DNA of 48,850 nucleotides, counting the filler, from Dirinaria sp. TL-2023a (Eukaryota): NCBI GenBank assembly GCA_051941275.1. It is 2 parts of 2 records of this genome, joined end to end, with 100 filler letters (N's around TTAATTAATTAA, not from the genome) between each part and the next. Parts side by side here need not be neighbours in the genome. Positions count along the whole stretch, not along the records: positions 1 to 24,390 come from JAVEBF010000189.1; 1 more part is not named here. One strand, given 5' to 3'. Positions 11,533 through 24,390 of this stretch are shown here, in pieces (the first letter of the stretch is position 1; the number at the start of each line of letters is the position of its first letter). The notes beneath the pieces were generated by a model, which saw only the letters and a program-made list of their open reading frames with translations, ran no database searches and was not told where the DNA came from. Both the position numbers and the translations under genes were made by a program.

Positions 11533-12577
11533 GGTTTTCGAAGCTGTAAGGTATGTGGTGTAGTAAGATTACTTACGCTGCTAAGAAGACAGAAATCTGC
11601 CCCGGGCATCACTCCCTATCGGGCCTCGGCCTCGGGTGAGCGCCGCCTTAAGGTCGCGCAACCCTGGATAATCCGGGGTGACCTCGGGTGATCCTGGGTG
11701 GCTGCACCTCCTTCTTGGGGGTCTCTCAGGTGAGCTACTGCTCGATCGTCATTCTATCCGAGCTCAGATCAGCAGATCTTTCGAACGTAGTGAATTCGCA
11801 GCGGTTAGCTCGGCGCAGAGTCTTCGCATGTGTAAAAATCCGACGATAACCTAAAATGATCTGATATCGGCCTCAAACACATTCTTTCCTTCCTGTCTTC
11901 GTTAACGGTTTCTATTCCTTTGTGCTCTTTCTTTCATTTTACTGCTCTCTTCGCTCGCACAGCTCACGCCGCTGTCGATTTCTTGAGGATCGTCTTAAAA
12001 CTGTGCGTTCGAATCTGCATTCTGTACTATCAAGCGGCGACGATCGTTTTTTTGATTCAACGTCGTCGGCCTCAGTCGAAACGTCCCCATCATGACCACG
12101 ATATCTCCTACTGCTAGCTTCGTATCTTCATCAGCACAATATCATCTGAATTTTCCTTCACGACCCGTTTTCTACGCTCTCTCTCAACCGCCGTCTCCTC
12201 ATCCACGCTTCATCGATGTCCCTACATTTTGCCGCAGACAGGATATTGCCAAAAGCGCCAAGAGTTTCAAGATTTCTGAATACCCTCAGCGAGACCTCGC
12301 CGCGAAGACCGAGCTTCACGATAAGGATTGGAAATTATCAGGTACCGAACTTAGCTGCATCTGATGATGAATATCGCTGATGAAATATGAAGCGCCTGAG
12401 CTCAACATTATCGTGCCTTGAGCCTTGAATTTGCGTCGAGGACTATTCAGCCTCAAGCCTAGAGCAATTCCACGGCGAAGTGATTTACTCTCTATTCTAA
12501 AATTGACGTGTCTGTACTCTCTTGGCCCGCTCACGCTCCCATTTCCCACATCGGAGACGAGGAATGAGTCCGCGACC

Positions 12578-13343
12578 ATGGTCAGAATTCTCGACTCCAT
12601 TACCCGAATATCCTCATGGAGTACCGCTTTCCAGGTGCCCACTCGCCCGCAACAATATGACCCTTCGATCCTCCCTCTGCATGGGAAGATTCCGGGTGGC
12701 TCACCACTTGAGTAATGCAATGTGTCTCGCACAGCGGATCTGTATCAAATCGAGCGCATAGAGCTATACCCAAACCCTCTTCACATGTATGTCCACACCA
12801 CCCTACTAACTCTGTTCGTAACTAACACAGACTTTGCTTGAAGCGACGATGTGTTCTAAGTGCATCTTTATGATGTGTCCGATACTCTTACCTCTCCCTT
12901 CATCCAAGGTGCTGATCAAAACTTCCAGGGACGTTCCTGAAAAACATAACCGACAATGCGACGTTAGCATATACGGCGCGCTATGGCAACAGCTCGGAAT
13001 TCGAGAGCGGCACTGTGGATTGGTGTAAAGGGTTCATCGACAGTATTGGCCAGCCAGATCCACCCCGCCAGCACGATTGTCCTCCGGAGAAGGGGTTCAG
13101 GCTTATCATGATGTCGTCTTGGGTTTGGCCCATGTTTATTGTCCCGGTGAGTCCTGTACTGAGAGGGCAAATCGGATCCAGGATCGACTGACAGATGGTA
13201 CGCAGGGACCTTATCACTTCGAATTCGACGCAAGGACGAAAGAGGGGGAGAGGATTTATTGCCTGCAAGCGAATATCTTTCTAGACTACGAGCAGGGGGC
13301 AGATCATGCGCCGATAGCGAGACCCGGGAGAGGGAGCCGTTGA
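12578..13343 (+). pseudogene. ML-domain (NPC2 / PG-PI transfer protein-like) lipid-binding gene, disrupted
   Basis: Reconstruction with introns 12787-12843, 12873-12928 and 13147-13205 gives ...IPGGSPLE*CNVSRTADLYQIERIELYPNPLHIDDVF*VHLYGTFLKNITDNA...DWCK...CPPEKG...PGPYHFEFDARTKEGERIYCLQANI, matching the NPC2 pattern. Stops at 12713-12715 and 12857-12859; the intron-2 donor reads AT. Confidence 0.75.
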
Positions 13344-15190
13344 AAGCTCCTAAATGTCGAGGGGGCAGACAGCACAACTATGAGCACCTACGTCTAGAAA
13401 TCGAGAGCAGACAATACATGATCAGATAAAGTTCGACTTTGTCTCTCTTATAACCCTCGTTTCTAGGTGCCGTGGTTCCGCATGCTCATCGATATCGCTG
13501 TTGCTCTCAGGTAGTCCCTACATACCTGCCATCTCACGGAGAAAGCCTTAACTCAGCGGCTTTTGCCCTTCGTCGATCGATACATATGTTGGAAGAAACA
13601 ATAGTACACTATCCGAAAGAGGCGATGGTAGTCAGGGCTGACTACCATACCTTAGGATTGTTAGGGATGGAAATGTACATGGCGCGCACAGTGGGCCAAA
13701 TTTCGTTGGTTGGTACGAGCACGTCTGTCTCCTGTCTACATCATGTAAATCACATGCTTTTTGAGCTCCGTTCTGTTTTTTTTTTTTTTTTTTTTCGAAC
13801 TAAGAGGATAGGTACGACAGAGATAAACAGTCAGGCTCATAAGCAGCCTGACTGACGGAGTAGAAATTTCGCTAGTCATCATCATTCAAATAGATCGATC
13901 GATACGTTCAGAGAAGATCGAGAGAACGAGTCTGTCAGAGTTATTGTACGAAAACATCCATGATTCGCACTTCTGAGGCGAAGAAAATACTCGAGACTAG
14001 ATATGTGGTTATTATGCGAATGACGGCGTGCATTTGCAGACAATATGAACGATCGTATCAAAAAAGTGAAATCTCGCAGTGACGAAGCTTCTTCAACTGG
14101 GTGAGCGTAGTATTTTGATCATCAAGATCTCTGATTCGAGCTCCAAAAACCTCTCTCTTATAGTTTCTACAGGCCTTACTATCGCGGTGCTCTACGAATT
14201 TGAAAAATGCACCGTGTAGTAGCGTTTTATCAAGCACGATGCATTCGTCTAAAACGTGCTAAAGCTTATGGTAACATCTCGAGATACCCGGCCTCGTCGC
14301 CATCGCAGGAATAGCAGTATCAACTCCGGGCGCTGATCTCAGCTGATTTGATGAGTTGGTCTACATGTACTTTGGTGAGAATATACAGAATACCTTTCTA
14401 GATCAAACCCTTTCTTCTATGTATGTATAGTGCCCAACCACGGCGGATGGAAAGCGCTCGCGTAGCGTGATATGATACGCGAAAATCACGGCCGAAGAAT
14501 CCCTGTATAAATCCCTGCCTGCAGCGGGAGGAACGCGTTCCACCGGCCGTGGGGTCAGGCACTGTACTAGTCCCGGCACGGCGCATTTGCTGAGACCGTG
14601 CTAGTAGTGAGCACCACGCAATATCAACGTCGATGGAAAGAATCAAAGATTAGGTAAGATACTGTAAGACTGAGAAACTCACCAGCACTAAGAAATCGCC
14701 AGGATAGTTTGACGAAAGCGGTTAGACTGTATATTAGTCAGCAGACCTCCGGGTTTTTACTGCCCACAAAAGTTCTTCCTTTACCTTTATTTTTAGGCAA
14801 TTGAGCACCAATACACACACATAGGTCCAATTCATCCTCCAAACACCTAAATCTGACAGATACCTACCTAGACACCTCGGCAACTCTACGTCTCTGTGCT
14901 CGTGGCCGATCATCACACCATCCCAGCTGACGGACATCCCTGAATGTCGAGCCTGCAGCCACAAAGACCTAGAGGGGGTTGCTTTTTCCCCGCCATGCGT
15001 TCGAGTTCCAATACCGGGCCTTAAGCCCGTCCTCCGGTTCGAAACAGCAGTAATTGGCTTTTGCGGCAAACTACAAAGAATCAAATCCGCTTGTAGTCGC
15101 TGGCATCGCGTCCCGTTTCCTGGGGAATATCTGAACAAGAACGTTGTCGTTGAAGGAATGCCGGAGCCTGGAGGGAGCAATACAGCAGCA

Positions 15191-16288
15191 ATGGCCACTG
15201 TTGACTCTGATGATTCGTTCAAAGCGAAGATCCAGAGTCTTGCGAGACGGCCAGCACCAGCTGGTGAAACCATACTATTCGTACTTCAAGTACGACTCCG
15301 ACCTTGCTCCAACAAACGCAACCGCGAATGATCGTTTTGTACAGGTCTGTAATGCTCGGAATCTAGGCATTCCCTCGAGAGAGATGTTCTTCGATTGGGG
15401 CTTGCTCAGCTGCGTCTTGATTGTCCTTTGACCCCTGAGGAGTATTGGTATGACAAGAAAGTGGAAGAAGTCCTATACCCCAGTTACAAATCCATTGATC
15501 GGTTGTTTTTCCCAAATGCTGCGCGAGTTGAAATCCTAGAGCACGCAATAAGCAAAGACCCGAAAACCGAAGGCTTCAACAGGCTCATAGACCGGAGCCA
15601 GGTTCGCAAACGTCACCCTCGTTGGCTAACTGAGAACATAGAACGACACGAACTCAAGACAGACCAACCGAGTGATTTTGTGCACGTTGGTACGTGCTCT
15701 TAATCGTACATAGAAGAACCTTTTGAACTTCATACACTGATCGGTCTTATTGAATTGAGATATGACGGCCTCCTCGGCTGCGAAATGCAGTATGAAGCAG
15801 TTCAACATCCACCCGAAGAGCTATTCAAGATTCGTCGTTGTAAAGTATATCTGTTCAGATTCCCAGAAAATGTGTCCAGGAGCTTAGTGTCCAATTCACC
15901 AGCCTATAGAAGCCAATAACAGGGCCAGTGTATGACTTTCCGCTCATGCTTTGCGACCGCCGTACAGTAGACTACGCATCTCAGGCCACTGCAATGGATG
16001 TCGTTACTCGTAATTTCGCCAACGAGAATACTCGAATTTACTTCGACGAGAAGCACAAATGGTACTACTGTCACGGCTTGCAAGCCGACGAGGTGATCGC
16101 CTTCGTACAAGCGGATTCCGAAGCAGAGAACCGAGCAGGTATAGTGGACTTTACCCATATCTTCTAGATGATTTTTCTCTTGACACTGGGATGCAGGAGT
16201 TCCCCATACGGCCTTTCAAGATACTCGGAATAATGACAACAAGGAGTTGCGGGAGAGTATTGAAGCTAGAGTGTTTATTTTATTTTGA
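15191..16288 (+). pseudogene. AsaB-like / CmcJ-like hydroxylase-desaturase family gene, disrupted
   Basis: Motifs KPY...TN, EHAVRKR, VHVDMT, NL*KPITGPVYDFPLMLCD, HKWYY, VPHTAF and RESIEARV. Frameshifts near 15235 and 15402, TAG at 15907-15909 in place of the conserved Trp, donor ATAAGC at 15548, and a GAG acceptor near 15759. Confidence 0.8.
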
Positions 16289-16369
16289 CTGAATGTCCCG
16301 ACACTCAAGCATCTTGATCACTTATGAGCGATATAGAATGAGTAACGTATGCTGTAGATGACGATTAAT

Positions 16370-17916
16370 CTATCGTCCAGAAAATCCAAATCGTTCTTTA
16401 CTGCGAAACCAGTCTCCGTATCTCATCAGCGAGTCCAACAGGGGAATGAAGGCAGCTGCGATCAAGGCTAGAACAGTGTTACCCCAGCCTAACCCAATGC
16501 TTTGATATAATGGGGGGCCAATCAATGGCAGAAAAGCCCCAGCAATCGCTCGGAAGACTACACCAGCAGCTATAGCAGATGCCCCATGGATCCTGTAAAC
16601 ATCCACCACGTATGTTTCGGCCGGTAGGGCGGAAAGCGTGAGGCTGAACCCCGCAGCACACGTTCCGATGAGCGGCACGATGTATTGGACATGAAACGCC
16701 AATGACCATCCGTAGATGAGGAAGCCCAGAGGAAGAATGATTGCCGCAAGAAGCAGATGTATCAGCCGAGACTCCGGTTTGAATGCGTCGCCCTTCGTTT
16801 CCCGCTGATGGATCACATAGCGGTCGGAAGTGAGACTGTAGAAGATCAAAGCGATGGTGTTGCCGATGGCGAGACTTAAAAACGTCAAGCCAATGGAGCC
16901 GGGAGAAAAGACGGTGGGGTACGTCGACTCCATGGTTTCTGTGAGTGTGGCAATGATCAATGAGACTAAGGCGTATGTTGTGGCCATGTAGCTTGTTGTC
17001 AGCATGAGGATGGGAGACTGGGCGAGGATCTGCATCGGCTTCATAGCGTTTTCGAGCACGGTGGATGCATCGACACGGGCCTGATATTTCGAACGATACT
17101 TCTTGTCGTCCGCGCTCTCTTCTTGTAATCGCTCCGCCTCCCGCCTCAGAATGACGACTGCATATGTCTCCCGGAGCACGGCCAGTAAGAACAAGCTGAA
17201 GAATCCGAGCACGATGGCCGCCAGCCAAACCGACCATCGCCAACCCAGGCGCTGTGCGATATAGGCTCCTGCGACAGGTGAGACGAAATCTGCTATCATC
17301 TGAGTTCCCATGACCAATGCCATTGACCGGCCGGTTTGTTCCATTTGGAACAAATCGCCGACGATAGCAGGCCCGAGGGTGAGAATTGACAGGCAGCAGC
17401 CCGTTAAGAATCGGAACGCAATCAGCATGGCGATGTTCACGCTCAGGGCGCTGGCGATCAAGCAACAGAGCGCAAGGAGATTTCCAATGTGGAAGACGGG
17501 AAGCCGGCCGAATCTTTCAGAGAGCGGCACAATGAAAAACGGGCCAAACCCTTCCCCGAGCTCCCAAATCGTGACGAGCAAGGTCTGATCGAGTGCATTG
17601 TGCGAATGGAACTCTTGCAAGACCTGCGGCGCCGTGGGCACGATCGTCATTGTCGCAAAGACACTAACTCGGTTAGTCGACGACGGCAGATATACAGAGA
17701 CTGGCGAAGAGGGGGAAAAAGAGAAGCTGACCTGACGAAACCCATCCACGAGACAGCGAACACAATCAGCCATTTTTGCATTTGCGACCAGTTCAAAGGG
17801 TTTTTCGGGTCGTTCTCCTCGTAGTCCACGACGACGACATCTGGATCGCTGTCTCCGATGGCGTTTTCCAATAGCTGTTCGGCGAACTCATCATTCTCGC
17901 TTCCCACCGCAGCCAT
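16370..17916 (-). CDS. MFS transporter, drug:H+ antiporter DHA1-like, 2 exons (17916-17732, 17663-16370)
   Basis: DPKNPLNWS..KW N-terminal motif, PLSERFGRLPV (motif A), LGWRW, RETY and PESRL, with about 12 hydrophobic segments. Intron GTCAGC...ACTAAC...TAG splices in frame. Confidence 0.9.
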
Positions 17917-19277
17917 GGGCTCTTTGCCTGGCAATTTCTGCGGCTCGACTGAAGATAAAATGGGGACTGGGCGGGTGAGAGCGTGAAGAGGCACATTGCG
18001 AACCACAACGAGAGTTCGCGGCCGACATGATCAATCACGTGAACCCTCCGACGCGCCTAACGCCTTCCGCATCCAGAAACGAGCGCAGCTGCGTCGGCAA
18101 GTCGGGTTCGTGTCGCGGGCTATGCGTGTGTGTACATAACGATGCCAGCAGACGCTCGGCAATATTTGACTCGACTCAAGGTTAAAGTAGGTAAAGTAGG
18201 TATCAATATCACTGTAATCATACCCGTGCAGGTTGGATTGCTCGGACCGATTTGCTCCGAGCACTGATAGAAGTAGGTGCATAAATTCTGGAATCATGTA
18301 CCAAAAAAAGCATTGGGTGCACTTTTTGGTGTGTAAAATGGTGATGCCATGGGAAGTCTGGGTGTAATGACTGACTGCGAAATCCACAAAGTCAGCCCAT
18401 AGCACAGATCGGCAAGTCGCCATTGCATGCCTAGGTTGCCATAGCATACTCAAATAACCATGGCAGGGTCAAATGGCAAGGCGCAACACTTCAACAGGAA
18501 ACCCAATTTAATGAAGAAAGTAGGTCAGCTGGCGCGGTTGTATCACGGAGACGTTGCATTCATCATCCGCCGAAACGGGAAACAAGACTACCATCGACGC
18601 TAATTTGGCAGATCTTTTTTGGATGCCAAGATGTGTCTCTGTACATCTTTCGCCAATCTTCTTGCGCTGTACCGGTTTTCAGACAATTATCTGACTGTCG
18701 CTGCAATCTGGAGCTTCAGTCGGGCCGCTAGCGCGGACGCGAAGGCCGAGAACTGTGTCAGTGTCTATAAACTCATCCTGGATTCACGCACACATATCAT
18801 TCAGAAAGACATCGAATCAGATGCGCTAGGAATGGAAGCAAAATCACCAGTGACAACTTTCTTGGTACCGCCACTGTATGCTATCTCCGCCATGCTGTCT
18901 CTAATACTCGTTGCAGCAAGCGTCCTCCCAACATCCTACGACTTGTCAATGGACTCTGCTCTTAAAGGTGGGTTCCCAGGTCTCTTAGACAATGAGTGTC
19001 AAATTGGCTGCGCCCTTTTTCTGTAAGTGCACCTGTGAGATCGAGGGAACAGCGCAGGAGTGAAATGTCACACAACTCGACTTTGCGGCGCTCCATACCT
19101 ATTGTGATGCAAAGTTGTGAAGGGACTCAGATGCAAACTGGTGCAAGTAGTTCTATGTATATGATGTTTCCTCTCACATCCTGGAATTCTCCGTTGTCCT
19201 CTGTATCCACGCTCTCTTGGTGCTGGACCTTAACATCTCCATCAACCACAAGTACCCGCGCAATGAGTGCATGCATC

Positions 19278-20104
19278 CTACATCGAAATTGCCTTCGATG
19301 TGGCAATTTTGTAACTATCTAGCGCCTTTTTGTTCCTCACAAACAACACGTCATTCTTCTCCTGCAAAGTCCGTCTCACACAATCACCGAATTCCTCCTG
19401 TTGGTCGCTATTCAAAGTCTCGGAGCTCGTTTCCGTTGTCCGACTAGTCTGGTGCGCTTCGCCATCATCTCTGTGTTCTGAATACATCGGTAAAGTGTAC
19501 TCCGGCGGTGGTCCTCTTCGACCTTTCAAGACTGCAATGGAAGCAAGAGCAACAAAAGCTGCCGAAAACGCCATAGCAAGCACACCGGCCCAATCCTTTC
19601 CCATGCTAATTCCGTTAATATCCTGGAAGGAACTCTGCAATCCCGTCAGGAGGTATGCCGGGCAATAATAATCTGGATATTCCGAGGTATCCGACACTTC
19701 GCATATAAACCAGAAACTGATCTGGTTCGCCCAGCCTATGAATAGAATGATGGAGGTGGCCAGAGCTAAGACCGGATGGAGCGTCGATCTCACAGTGACA
19801 CATAAGCTCACAGCAGTCCACACAAGGGATATGAGAGGCATGGTCCCGCAGTAGAAAGCAAGTTCCCTGTTATCACTTAGCACAAAGTTGACCCAGACTC
19901 TAGGGTATAAGAGGCGTTCCGTCACACTGACACTTGGCTATCGTACTGGACATCGCCAGCAAAAGAATTATTATCATCAACTGTGTGGCCCCAATAGACA
20001 GCGAGTGTTAAGTCGGCTACGGAGACGACAAGTAGGCATACCAGAACAACCAAGACCCAAAAATATTGGGCTTGCCACCTGAAGTCCTTGTTCGATGGCG
20101 CCAT
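19278..20104 (-). CDS. Hypothetical 4-TM membrane protein (MARVEL-like topology), 2 exons (20104-19932, 19866-19278)
   Basis: Intron 19931-19867 (GTCAGT...GCTAAG...CAG) joins two ORFs in frame. Four hydrophobic helices, a Cys pair in the second loop and a PPPEY motif in the tail. Confidence 0.7.
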
Positions 20105-22363
20105 TGTTGAAGGTCCTCAATAAATGGAAAACGGAATGCAATTCTCAATGCTAGGACACGCAATCACAGGATTTTAAACCTTTTCCAAGACCTATGGAGT
20201 CGATAATGCTCAAATGCGATGGTGAAAGCACAGCCTTCGTATATTATTGATTAATTCACGTACAAGGGGTACTTGAATACGATGTTAAAAAAAGAAGGCT
20301 CTACCGGAAACAATCGCATGTACCGTGTACACCACCTTTGGCTGCATGTCTCAAAGTTGCGGTCGGTCTTTAACTTCCTTAGCCTAACAGCTACGCGTTC
20401 CCAACGGTCCCATATCGAGCTGTGCACAGTCGAGTCTGTCAAAGGGCATTCTATTTCCCTTCAAGCTATTCTTCCCGACCTCTTACGAATTTCAAGACAT
20501 GATGGTCATTCAAAGGGGCACCTTCTGAATAGAAACATACTTTATGCATGAACAATCCAAAGGTCTAAGACATGCTAGGCTACTGTGGATATAATACCTG
20601 CTTATGAATGATAGTGCTCTTTGAGACATTGGATGGCTATTGTAGAATCTTTAGTATACTCTGCCGTCCCGGCGGAGTTGGTATGTCAAACCCGCCTTAA
20701 GCGCTGGGTCTGAAGGGTCGAAAGATCTGCATTGATGCATCCAAATTGGGAAAGATGAGACAACCAGATCCCGCCCATTGCGGCTTCGAAGAATGACCTG
20801 CCGTCTCACAACTTCATATCCCACTGCCGGTCGCAAGGCAGACTCTTTAGCAGAGCAGGCTGACGAGCGGGTGAATGCAGCAACACTTGACAGCTTGCGC
20901 GGCCACGAGGCTTAGATGACTGAGATGGTCGGAATACCCTTTGTTCTCAATATACATCTTGGCTAACATCTACTACTACCAAAAACTGACAAATTCTTAC
21001 GTCTTGATTGGCGCATGGCAACTAATGCATTATCAAGATTATGCAGTCTCGTTCCTTGCTTACAATATACTCCAACGAATCTAGGGAAAGCAGGACCTGA
21101 TCGGATTGACTATATCAACATATTATTCGAGGGCTCCTTAAAGTAAATTCGCAGAGATCGTAATGTACACTAGCTTCTACTAATGAGAATAAGATAATCG
21201 AAATCTTAGATAAGTGAGATTCGGCACGACTAGTACATTGCTATTCGAGCTCGGCTTCTCTTTGGAAAATGCGAACCAAAGAAGAAACTCCAGAGCCAAT
21301 AGAGGATGGCTGCGATACAAAACCTGATCCCACCACATCAGATATCACGTGGCATCTGCCATGATTGTCTAAAGAAGCAAAGCACATTAAGCGTTGGAAA
21401 CATTGAAGTAGCTGGCGGTGTTACTAAAGTGACCGCTATTGCCAAGAACTTTGAATGGCGTTGGAAGCCATCAGGCGGTTGACCAAGTGGCCAGCTGTCC
21501 TCAGGCTGTTTGTGCTGATGGCTGGTTTGCTATTCCGTTTGCATCTGATATAAACCTTGCGATGCTCTCAGAATTTTATGGTTCTTTTGGCAATAAGCAG
21601 CTTCTTCTTCATCCGTCAATTTCTCCCCATCGTTGTTATCGAGTCAACTGTCTTCCAAAAACTTAGCAGGCTCAGCAGAGAGCTGTGGGAAAGAGTTACC
21701 ATTGACGGAACAAGATCACAGCGACGCAGGGACTGTCGTACTCAACGAAGATGCAACTGAAGGTGCTGTGGGCCAATACAAGCCTACGACCTCCGTGGTG
21801 TTGTTGCATCCACGTACGGTCGCCATAACAGTAAAGTATATGGGGTACAGCTGCTTAGGCAGAACCTCGACAAGGGACAACGAGCAGTAGATAGCGCAGC
21901 ATTCGTGATTGAGCACGGCCTGCCTATCTTAATTAAAAATTCGCACATAGGGGCCATAACCGCAGCAAGGCTCCTACCATGCATGCAAATGATCATTCCA
22001 TAGCCTTCTTAGTACGCATTCATTTTGTGGATGACCTTGATCTTTCTTTCAAAAGGAAACTTTAGATGCTTCCCATTGTCATCTGGGATAGGGTTTTCAG
22101 CCAAGATCAAGTGGTGACGACATTGTTTCATCGCTCCCACTGATGATCACACAGGAAGCCAAATATATCTAAATCGGTAGGGAGGTTGGCTCTCCCGGAG
22201 CGAGCCTAGGTCAGACCTCTCCACTTGTATGATTTTATCATTGAATGTCTACATTTGTCACATGGTACAAAAGGAAATCCGGATTTAAAATCCTTGTTCC
22301 TCAACAAAACGACCAAATATCTGGCCTTCCAAGCCAAAAAAAAAGGTCCACTTCAACTAGCTT

Positions 22364-22810
22364 CTAAGCCTTTTTCGACTCCTTGTCGGGGGATACCTTC
22401 GTGGACAACTGTCTAATGGCTGCTAAAGCGCTTTCGAGCTTACGCTCTTCGTCTTCCAAGCTGCTGAGTCGTTCTTTCAAGACGCCATTTTCTTCCCAGC
22501 CAATGAATTTTTCTTCCTCAAGCTCTATCGCAGAATGGTTTTTGGACAGCGTCGCCCAAAAGTTGGTATCTTCGCGAGGCTTTCCAAGGAATTCCCTGCG
22601 TTCTGGGTTTTGTTGATTGAGTAACACCGCAATGCGGCCGGCATCTTGATATGGAGATCTTGTCAATAGCTCGTATTCTTCTTGCAAGCTCGGGAGTCTT
22701 CGACGGATATCGAAAAGTGACCGTTGCGTTCTTGTATACTCTTTGCTCAAGCCTTTCATACTTGCAATTTCCCCTCGTTTTGTGAGACGTTGTCCCGTCT
22801 CTTTTGCCAT
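22364..22810 (-). CDS. Hypothetical charged/coiled-coil protein (148 aa)
   Basis: ATG-initiated ORF MAKETGQRL... with heptad-like segments (LKERLSSLEDEERKLESAL). No recognisable family. Confidence 0.35.
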   Translation of the reverse strand: MAKETGQRLTKRGEIASMKGLSKEYTRTQRSLFDIRRRLPSLQEEYELLTRSPYQDAGRIAVLLNQQNPERREFLGKPREDTNFWATLSKNHSAIELEEEKFIGWEENGVLKERLSSLEDEERKLESALAAIRQLSTKVSPDKESKKA

Positions 22811-24390
22811 TTTGAGAAAGGGTATGTAGATCAACTTGGAGGTAGATCTCTGTTTGGTCGTTATCAATAGTGCAGTGCACTCATTTGACAAGCGCGAAAA
22901 TATCAATGTCTTATATATGCTGAAAGAAGCAAACTCGCTTGCTACAGCTTTAATCAGCTGATCATGTTAGCAACCAGTAACTCTTCCGGCAAATCTTTCA
23001 CGCTTGACAACAATGTCATAAGATTAGAGCGATACCACGTATTCATCTCGACAACTATGTCTTCTATGTTGAAAGAATGAACTAGCTTTGCTCTTCTTGC
23101 AGTATGTGTCAGTATTCATGTTTGCTGCAAGAGTCTCAGCGTCAGTATGTGGAGTCTCTTCATGGACGCACAGCGCTAAGATTGAATAGAATGTTGTTTC
23201 GCTCAATCAATCTACCGTGTTCTAAGCTCCTTATACAAGCGCTGTATTGAAAGGAGTTTGCAATGGTGGTTATGGTTCTCCAAGCGTACACATAGGGGAT
23301 TTTTCACTGCTCCACTGATGGAACTCGGCATTAAGCTCCTCAAAAAATCTCATGATCGCTATGGAATGAGATCAGCTGACAGAATCCAGACAGTCTATGA
23401 GACTGAAACCACTGTCTCAAACCTTTCATAATACCAGCAATGTATTCGATGGGCGAATGCTGAGCAGCAGTCATAGCTTCTCGGTAAGGGATATCTGGCT
23501 TGCAGAAGGATCCCTTGTCTCCCCTTCTCTGTTCCATTTCGGACATTACTTTTTTCACTGCCCTTCCTCATGATGGAAAACTTCCCATTCTCATTTCTTT
23601 ACGTCTTTGAGAATCGATGCCACGGAAGCACCCCTGTTCTATCAATTTCAGAACTCAATATTCCATCATGGATACTTTTAATGCTGACAATACTCAGTAT
23701 CCGGGATTTCTACCAGCGCCGATAGCTATCAACCTCATCGAAGGCAGTAACAATAACCTTGAAATCCTTATCTCTATCTGCAAAATCTCCCTTATTTCTT
23801 CTTTTTGGAGACCAGGATTTAGTCCTTCAGCTTTGCAATCAGCTAATCTTGGAGCTGATTGTTATTAGAAAGATCAAAAACAGGTGCCAGTACATCCTTA
23901 TGAGAAATCATTCTGGACACATGTACATGCTACCCTGCTGGATGGCTAAAGAGAGATGATAGTATTCATCTTTTCACATCTCTATGCATGCGTCCAATCT
24001 TTCCAAACCAGCTTCTCAGTCTGACTCGAAAATTCTCATCTCAAACTTACACGCTCACGCCGTCATGGCCAATACATTGCTTAAAAAAATCGCACGCCAG
24101 CTCATACCCTTCATCTCAACGCACTCCTCCTCCTAGACACGATAATAGAAAATTATCAAACAATCCACTACATACGCAATGATTTTCCCCTCGATAGGTC
24201 AAACTCAAACTTCAACACTGATCACGAGGCCAGTCGTGACATCCCATGAAGAACGAAGTACAAGAAACACAGCACACCATCTTAAAGTATAATATCTCGA
24301 GGAAACTATACGGGCAATACCCCCAAAATCCAGAAGTGCAGAAGTATGGTCAGAAAATTGCTTCTCGGAAGTTTAATGCCCCCTTTGCCC

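Noticed and set aside
12092..12364. 90-aa ORF upstream of the ML pseudogene
   Set aside because: Could not be spliced convincingly to downstream exons and no family was recognised.
12713..12715. Stop-codon readthrough or A-to-I editing rescue of the pseudogenes
   Set aside because: Additional frameshifts and lost splice donors cannot be repaired that way, although TAG at 15907 alone would fit editing to Trp.
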